Source: Eledone cirrhosa (taxonomy: Eukaryota). Taken from it: a stretch of DNA of 64,000 bases. A program made the translations under genes and the position numbers. How positions within the stretch are numbered: the first letter of the stretch is position 1; every line of letters begins with the position of its first letter. This document shows positions 61,101 to 64,000 of the stretch, piece after piece. The DNA lies in contig OZ024742.1 of the NCBI GenBank assembly GCA_964016885.1, positions 245,954,001 through 246,018,000 on the forward strand, written 5' to 3'. Below the pieces are notes generated by a model. That model was not told the DNA's origin, searched no databases, and saw nothing but the letters and a program-made list of their open reading frames with translations.

Positions 61101-62958
61101 CATCCCCTTCTTTAAATACCACTTCAGAAGGGAGATGAGAGTGGAGAGAGAGGTGCTGCACCCCCAGTAAATTCGCTGAAAGGTGGGTGAATGTGGCTAA
61201 AATGGCCTAAGTGATGTATTCTAATAATATTCGTATTTTAACACAATATAAAGGAAAATAACATCTTTCATATATCTTGGGCTTCCCTTCCATAACAGAA
61301 ATTCTAATTACCTCATACACACTCTCACAGGCACTCGAACACATATTGACATCTACCAACACACACATACTGATATCTTGCATACACTCACCCACACACA
61401 TTGCTTACCCACAGACAGGCAGCCTCTCACCCACATTGCCTACCCACACACAGACAGCCTCTCACCCACAATGCTTACCCACACACAGGCACCTTCTCAC
61501 CCACATTGCCTACCCACACACAGCCACCTTCTCACCCACATTGCCTACCCACACACAGGCACCTTCTCACCCACATTGCCTACCCACACACAGGCACCTT
61601 CTCACCCACATTGCCTACCCACACACAGGCACCTTCTCACCCACATTGCCTACCCACACACAAGCAGCCTCTCATACACATTGCCTACCTACATACAGGC
61701 AGCATCTCACACACAGGCACCCTCACACCTACACACAGACACCCTCACACCCACATTGCTTACCCACACACATTACTTACCTACACACAGGCAGCCTCTC
61801 ACCCACATTGCCTACCCACACACAGGCACCCTCTCACCCACATTGCCTACCTACACACAGGCAGCCTCTCACACACATTGCCTACCCACACACAGGCAGC
61901 CTCTCATCCACATTGCCTACCCACACACAGGCACCCTCTCACCCACATTGCCTACCTACACACAGGCACCCTCACACCCACATTGCTTACCTACACACAG
62001 ACACCCTCACACCCACACACAGGCAGCCTCTCACACACATTGCCTACCTACACACAGGCACCCTCTCACACACATTGCCTACCTACATACAGGCATCCTC
62101 ACACCCACACACCCTCTCACCCACATTGCTTACCCACAGACAGGCAGCTTCTCACCCACATTGCCTACCCACACACAGGCACCCTCTCACCCACATTGCC
62201 TACCCACACACAGGCAGCCTCTCATCCACATTGCCTACCCACACACAGGCACCCTCTCACCCACATTGCCTACCTACACACAGGCACCCTCACACCCACA
62301 TTGCTTACCTACACACAGACACCCTCACACCCACACACAGGCAGCCTCTCACACACATTGCCTACCTACACACAGGCACCCTCTCACACACATTGCCTAC
62401 CTACATACAGGCATCCTCACACCCACACACCCTCTCACCCACATTGCTTACCCAGACAGGCAGCTTCTCACCCACATTGCCTACCCACACACAAGCACCC
62501 TCACACCCACATTGCCTACCTACACACAGGCACACTCTCACACACATTGCCTACCCACACACAGGCACCCTCTCACCCCCACACAGACACCCTCTCCCCC
62601 ACATAATAAACACACTAGTTTTCCTGACACAAAACAATAAAATAAAATGCAAAAAAAAAACTAAACCTTTTAAAGTGAGATTGAGTGCTAAACTTACCTG
62701 TCTATAATCTATAGTAAATGCACCTAAATATGCGACTACACCAGATGCAAGCAGGACATCTCCAGTGATGCAAGTGTACATCTCTCCAAGTTCTTCAGCT
62801 GCTCCTGTCCAACGGTCTTTTTCTCCCCCTAGTCCACCAATCAGCTGTTCAGCTCGGTCCAGCTTTTTAGAACAGATGTCAATGTTGTCTTCAAGTTCTT
62901 TCTTTTTCTGGGTCATTGCTTCAAATTTATCATTCAAGGCTTGTAGTTTATCTGCAAC
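1234..62958 (-). CDS. DNAH3: Axonemal dynein heavy chain, inner-arm DNAH3-like; 5'-partial spliced CDS of 20 exons (end of stalk, AAA5, buttress, AAA6, C-terminal domain)
   Basis: All 20 exons have AG acceptors, the 19 non-terminal ones have GT donors, and phases match; total 3558 nt = 1185 aa + TGA. Motifs [111 protein letters not shown] and the terminus [10 protein letters not shown] resemble DNAH3 more than DNAH7 (recalled, not aligned). Confidence 0.9.
1950..2271. mobile_element. piggyBac-type MITE (TTAA target sites) with a nested SINE fragment
   Basis: ttaa-CTCTTTAGTATTT...AAATGCTAAAGGG-ttaa; homologous copies at 37843-38063 and 42135-42355. Confidence 0.7.
2630..3085 (+). mobile_element. 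CR1-clade LINE 3' fragment
   Basis: [13 protein letters not shown]...TRGHAYK...RKHFF..RV, a CR1 RT C-terminus, with an (ATT)n tail; same family as 8058-9097. Confidence 0.85.
3353..3442 (-). CDS. DNAH3: Dynein exon S ([11 protein letters not shown]...[11 protein letters not shown])
   Basis: ttccag|GGT acceptor, GTT|gtatcctttat donor (U12-type), 90 nt, phase 0/0. Confidence 0.9.
4260..4470 (+). ncRNA. About 210-bp repeat containing a type I hammerhead-ribozyme-like motif (core 4285-4334); Penelope pLTR or retrozyme-like
   Basis: GAGCUGUA-CUGAUGA-AGGGUGAUUCCCA-GAAAC-AUUAGU-GUC-UGCAGUUC; stem I pairs and extends; second copy at 45217-45425 (-). Confidence 0.65.
5131..6009 (-). mobile_element. 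Tc1/mariner-superfamily (maT/DD37D-like) deleted transposon
   Basis: TIRs CAGGGTGCAGACGATATTTGTTCACAA / TTGCGAACAAATATCGTCCACACCCTG in TA-rich flanks; transposase remnant [12 protein letters not shown]...[11 protein letters not shown]. Confidence 0.85.
6032..6232 (+). mobile_element. RTE LINE 3' end (third family, C)
   Basis: [22 protein letters not shown]...DRDEWR, an RTE C-terminus; tail GGACGTAAAATGAT; flanked by (TA)n. Confidence 0.8.
7489..7835 (+). mobile_element. tRNA-derived CORE-type SINE with RTE-derived tail
   Basis: A box TGGCTTAGTGG, B-box-like GAATTCAATCC, core CCTTGAGCAAGACACTT...CTCAGCTGTAGAAATG, (GAT)n tail; near-identical to 56884-57221. Confidence 0.85.
8058..9097 (-). 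mobile_element. CR1-clade LINE 3' portion with duplicated 3' end
   Basis: [41 protein letters not shown] motifs in ORF 8405-9112. Confidence 0.9.
9446..13583 (-). mobile_element. Apparently full-length RTE-clade LINE (family A): APE endonuclease + RT with a PHD-like finger, (GAT)n tail
   Basis: APE motifs NVGTL, CIQETRW, SAYAPQ, GDLNGH; RT motifs [35 protein letters not shown]; the two ORFs are in frame, split by one TAG at 12257-12255. Confidence 0.95.
9840..12860 (-). pseudogene. RTE ORF (endonuclease-reverse transcriptase) with a single premature stop
   Basis: GEHTS*VDYIL, where the TAG is probably from CAG; otherwise open for about 1000 codons. Confidence 0.85.
13678..13799 (-). CDS. 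DNAH3: Dynein exon R ([14 protein letters not shown]...PEDGAYIN)
   Basis: tgacag|GA acceptor, AAT|gtaagg donor, 122 nt, phase 1/0. Confidence 0.92.
14520..14835 (-). mobile_element. CORE-type SINE, alternative tail
   Basis: tRNA-like head (reverse complement of ctctaaccactaagtcatgcgcc) plus core; unrelated 3' tail. Confidence 0.7.
14991..15079 (-). CDS. DNAH3: Dynein exon Q ([29 protein letters not shown])
   Basis: tttcag|A acceptor, G|gtaaaa donor, 89 nt, phase 2/1. Confidence 0.92.
15677..16522. repeat. 46-bp minisatellite, about 18 copies, each with a 12-bp inverted repeat
   Basis: Unit TGACATCTGTACACTGACTAACTGTACAGATGTCTACCACCAACTC. Confidence 0.95.
16869..17134 (-). CDS. DNAH3: Dynein exon P (VMQKYPVLY...[17 protein letters not shown])
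   Basis: acacag|GTG acceptor, AG|gtaatg donor, 266 nt, phase 0/2. Confidence 0.93.
18960..19240 (+). mobile_element. CORE-type SINE (tail TTGAGACAGACTTTAG); sister copy 55440-55715 (-)
   Basis: Degenerate tRNA head, core CTTGAACAAAATACTTCATTTCA, tail shared with the sister copy. Confidence 0.65.
19486..20245. mobile_element. hAT (Charlie-like) non-autonomous element with nested SINE and RTE fragments
   Basis: TIR CAGAGGTTCTCAAA / TTTGAGAACCTCTG and perfect 8-bp target-site duplication TGTTAGAT (19478-19485, 20246-20253). Confidence 0.9.
20397..20525 (-). CDS. DNAH3: Dynein exon O ([11 protein letters not shown]...NNFDMEK)
   Basis: ttgcag|CTT acceptor, AAG|gtaata donor, 129 nt, phase 0/0. 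Confidence 0.92.
21504..21690 (+). mobile_element. tRNA-derived Meta-domain-type SINE; other copies 20830-21010(-), 44340-44550(+), 54498-54678(-), 60226-60410(-)
   Basis: B box GAGTTCAAATCC, central GAGGTTAACTTTGCCTTTCATCCTTACGGGGTAGATAAAATAAAGTACCAG, (ATT)n tail. Confidence 0.85.
21775..22095. repeat. (CAC)/(CAT) triplet-derived minisatellite
   Basis: Repeated ACCATAAACATCATTGCCATCACCACC units; explains the Gly/Asp, Thr/Ile and Val/Met ORFs. Confidence 0.95.
22116..22269 (-). CDS. DNAH3: Dynein exon N ([10 protein letters not shown]...[21 protein letters not shown])
   Basis: tgttag|A acceptor, GAG|gtaagt donor, 154 nt, phase 2/0. Confidence 0.92.
22300..22891 (+). mobile_element. RTE LINE 3' fragment (family B)
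   Basis: [13 protein letters not shown]...GRPKMTW plus 3' UTR and (GAT)n tail. Confidence 0.9.
23421..23584 (-). CDS. DNAH3: Dynein exon M (MFLNDYDE...[14 protein letters not shown]...TNY)
   Basis: aaccag|ATG acceptor, AA|gtatgt donor, 164 nt, phase 0/2. Confidence 0.92.
23670..24175 (-). mobile_element. Tc1/mariner-superfamily deletion derivative
   Basis: ta-CAGGGTGGGTGGAAAGAAACTCC...GGAGTTTTTTTCCACCCATCCTG-ta; internal FMQDGALPH remnant. Confidence 0.75.
24710..25152 (-). mobile_element. CORE-type SINE with RTE family-B tail
   Basis: Head and core match 7489-7650; tail matches 22620-22891. Confidence 0.85.
26528..26671 (-). CDS. DNAH3: Dynein exon L ([22 protein letters not shown]...RISMRQML)
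   Basis: caacag|CCA acceptor, TTG|gtaggt donor, 144 nt, phase 0/0. Confidence 0.92.
27197..27569. repeat. Fold-back element: 145-bp inverted arms around an 83-bp spacer that contains its own hairpin
   Basis: Arms 27197-27341 and 27425-27569 with 3 mismatches; inner hairpin GGCATGGTTTT...AAAACCATGCC. Confidence 0.92.
28052..28158 (-). CDS. DNAH3: Dynein exon K ([18 protein letters not shown]...GCNK)
   Basis: tatag|GT acceptor, AAG|gtaaac donor, 107 nt, phase 1/0. Confidence 0.92.
28665..29080. repeat. Degenerate minisatellite, unit about 35 bp
   Basis: Repeated CCCTAGTATGGGTCCTCAGTGATAGACCTCAGT. Confidence 0.85.
29221..29946 (-). mobile_element. L1/Tx1-clade LINE 3' fragment within (ATCT)n
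   Basis: [14 protein letters not shown]...HAFIHCP-type C-terminal zinc knuckle, KEVVWWTR; AATAAA near the 3' end; homologous to 63019-64000. Confidence 0.75.
29983..30073 (-). CDS. DNAH3: Dynein exon J ([30 protein letters not shown])
   Basis: acacag|ATC acceptor, G|gtaggt donor, 91 nt, phase 0/1. Confidence 0.92.
30406..31193 (+). mobile_element. Degraded mariner (DD34D) transposon
   Basis: TIRs ta-CAAGGTCAGTTGAAAAAGTAT / ATACATTTTCAACAGACATTG-ta; remnants [26 protein letters not shown]. Confidence 0.85.
32706..32822 (-). CDS. DNAH3: Dynein exon I (GPIAENMI...[20 protein letters not shown])
   Basis: cttag|GGT acceptor, GAG|gtatgt donor, 117 nt, phase 0/0. Confidence 0.92.
32960..33475. 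repeat. (CAC)-rich low-complexity repeat
   Basis: Directly visible. Confidence 0.9.
33529..33887 (-). CDS. DNAH3: Dynein exon H (VIDDPDMWK...QTISLGQGQ), start of AAA6
   Basis: tttag|GT acceptor, CAG|gtaggt donor, 359 nt, phase 1/0. Confidence 0.93.
33930..34128 (+). mobile_element. About 200-bp element with a terminal 125-bp hairpin; inverted sister copy 36520-36710, fragment 35386-35425
   Basis: ATATGAAAAGATTTAGGACCC...GGGTCCTGATTCTTTTCATAT; inserted in (TA)n. Confidence 0.75.
34149..35372 (+). mobile_element. RTE LINE 3' portion (family B, frameshifted) including the PHD-like finger
   Basis: [17 protein letters not shown]...WVHKRCSG; [17 protein letters not shown]; (GAT)n tail. Confidence 0.9.
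35498..36510 (-). mobile_element. 5'-truncated RTE LINE (family A)
   Basis: Near-identical to 9446-10460, with a small insertion near 36070. Confidence 0.92.
37003..37330 (-). mobile_element. Meta-domain SINE with long alternative tail; sister copy 39577-39900
   Basis: Meta core on the minus strand followed by a tail ending GGAGTTACGGGACCATAC. Confidence 0.7.
38300..40848. repeat. About 250-bp direct duplication (38300-38545 and 40600-40848) bracketing exon G
   Basis: CAGATATATAGTACTCTTCAATG...CACAGATACAGAAG present twice, offset 2300 bp. Confidence 0.9.
38743..38900 (-). CDS. DNAH3: Dynein exon G ([15 protein letters not shown]...[14 protein letters not shown]...LMQ)
   Basis: ttccag|T acceptor, A|gtaagt donor, 158 nt, phase 2/1; not in the ORF track. 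Confidence 0.92.
40870..41210 (-). mobile_element. Degraded RTE-like LINE 3' fragment (another family)
   Basis: [30 protein letters not shown], an RTE C-terminal motif. Confidence 0.65.
42479..42639 (-). CDS. DNAH3: Dynein exon F (CISNSS...[16 protein letters not shown]...MKG)
   Basis: ttacag|TGT acceptor, AG|gtaagc donor, 161 nt, phase 0/2; this frame is not in the ORF track. Confidence 0.92.
43470..44200. repeat. 34-bp minisatellite, about 21 copies
   Basis: Unit TCTCCAATACACATCACATCACATCTTTATCCTG. Confidence 0.95.
45217..45425 (-). ncRNA. Second hammerhead-like repeat copy (motif 45335-45417), sense to the dynein pre-mRNA
   Basis: Minus strand: CGGUA-CUGAUGA-AGAGUAAUCACCCA-GAAAC-AUUAGU-GUC-UGCAG; homologous to 4260-4470. 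Confidence 0.6.
46262..47770 (-). mobile_element. 5'-truncated RTE LINE (family A) with an open RT C-terminal half
   Basis: ORF 46645-47823 is nearly identical to the 9840-12221 ORF from YKETVSKV onward; 5' junction in (TA)n. Confidence 0.95.
49900..50080. repeat. (GAA/GAAAA) purine-rich simple repeat
   Basis: Directly visible. Confidence 0.95.
53887..54129 (-). CDS. DNAH3: Dynein exon E (GNILEDETA...WFINLYLH), buttress region
   Basis: cccag|GGA acceptor, CAT|gtaagt donor, 243 nt, phase 0/0. Confidence 0.92.
54820..55005 (-). CDS. DNAH3: Dynein exon D ([10 protein letters not shown]...ILEVLTVSE)
   Basis: ttacag|GTA acceptor, GAG|gtcaga donor, 186 nt, phase 0/0. Confidence 0.92.
55764..56071 (-). 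CDS. DNAH3: Dynein exon C ([10 protein letters not shown]...[10 protein letters not shown]), AAA5
   Basis: ttgcag|GA acceptor, AAG|gtaatt donor, 308 nt, phase 1/0. Confidence 0.93.
56417..56618 (-). CDS. DNAH3: Dynein exon B ([10 protein letters not shown]...WPLMIDPQG)
   Basis: ttgtag|ACC acceptor, G|gtacgt donor, 202 nt, phase 0/1. Confidence 0.92.
56884..57221 (+). mobile_element. CORE-type SINE flanked by about 190-bp direct repeats
   Basis: Same SINE as 7489-7835; flanks 56691-56881 and 57222-57410 are duplicates. Confidence 0.85.
57774..57920. repeat. 54-bp tandem repeat, about 2.7 copies
   Basis: TGTATATCTTTGAGGCAGAATTCTAGGGCCAGGTACCCAGTCACCATCATCATT. Confidence 0.9.
61385..62600. 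repeat. 35-bp minisatellite with a higher-order duplication of about 318 bp
   Basis: Unit CACCCACATTGCCTACCCACACACAGGCACCTTCT; block at 61894 recurs at 62212. Confidence 0.95.
62698..62958 (-). CDS. DNAH3: Dynein exon A ([11 protein letters not shown]...GAFTIDYRQ), stalk coiled-coil end
   Basis: ctacag|GTTGCA acceptor, CAG|gtaagt donor, 261 nt, phase 0/0. Confidence 0.93.
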
Positions 62959-63018
62959 CTGTAGATGGATAGATAAATAGACAGATGGATGGATGGACAG
63001 ATGGATAGATAGATAGAT

Positions 63019-64000
63019 ATATTTCTTTATTTGTCACAAGGGCGCACAAGAAAAGGGGACAATACAAAGACATGCCGGGGATTTTACATACAGTCGTGTA
63101 AAAAATATAAAAACAAACAATTATAACAATCGAAATCCCCAATAGGGGGGAGGCGCCACAAATGAGTTGTTTAATACCCCGTCGATAGAACAATCCTCAA
63201 CTCCAGGAGCGTGTTGTGCAAGTTGCTCTCTTCTTCAACCTACAGGCTTATAAACAGAGAAGGCCCAATCACTTGGACCATTTTCGCATCATTCACCCAC
63301 CTTTCAGTAAATTTACTGGGGTGCAGTGCCTCTCTCTCCACTCTGATTCTCCTTTTAATGTGATACTTAAAGAAGGGAATCAATTGTTGTCCGGAGAGAA
63401 AGGCATCTGTCCTCAGTCCTCTCAACCTTGTCCACCATATAACTTTTTCACCATAGCCACCGTACAGAGGAAAACCGCCTCTCTTTCGTTTTTGAAAGAG
63501 GCTGGCGGTTTGATCCTTACTATGGACTCAGCAGTTGTTCTGCAGTTGTTCTGCATAATTCCACAGGTCGGTTATGCCCGGGCAGTGTACAATTGCGTGC
63601 ATCTTGGACACATCCTCTTGGAAGGATCCCTGCCGGGGCATCCGTGCCTGTAGATCTTGTCATGAACCGGTAGAGCTCCTCGGTAGCACTGCCAGGCCAG
63701 GGACCTCTGGAAGTTGTCCATAGGTCCCGGGTGGAAAGTCCTACCAAACAGACTCGTGAGCTCATCGTCGCCCTTGTACCGTACAATCTCTCTATAGATT
63801 GTCGAAGTGGAGTCTCCACTGATTGCTGCGCCCGCTTGCCAGAGGACTGTGAGCGCCTGTGTGCATTCAATGTGCCAGGCGCCCATCGTTTTCGGTCTTT
63901 TCTTGACCCAGGACTGCAGCTCTGTCAGCGAGATGAGCTGTGGGAAAGCCTGTCTCACAAACGGTGCCCACACCGGTTGGGGGTCGGCGAGGAATACCTG
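63019..64000 (-). mobile_element. L1/Tx1-clade LINE 3' region (continues beyond the window)
   Basis: LAWQCYRGALPVHDKIYRHG...CPRC (zf-RVT-like); AATAAA followed by (ATCT)n/(ATCC)n. Confidence 0.8.

Noticed and set aside
61277-62707. 400-476 aa His/Thr/Pro ORFs in three frames
   Set aside because: A 35-bp minisatellite that lacks stop codons by composition.

Overview
Eukaryotic, AT-rich and microsatellite-rich genomic DNA, most likely from an octopus or other coleoid cephalopod (inferred from the CORE/Meta SINE and RTE repeat landscape). The whole window is the 3' part of one minus-strand axonemal inner-arm dynein heavy chain gene (DNAH3-like). I reconstructed 20 phase-compatible coding exons by hand (62958 down to the stop at 1234; 3558 nt, 1185 aa); several are missing from the ORF track. 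The last intron (1441-3352) has U12 minor-spliceosome signals. The introns hold a near-intact RTE LINE with a PHD-like finger inside its RT, truncated RTE, CR1 and Tx1/L1 copies, modular SINEs, mariner/hAT/piggyBac-type DNA elements, minisatellites, two hammerhead-ribozyme-like repeats and several fold-back elements. There are no prokaryotic features, rRNA genes or CRISPR arrays. Most long ORFs in the track are simple-repeat artefacts. Homology calls are from recalled motifs, not database searches.
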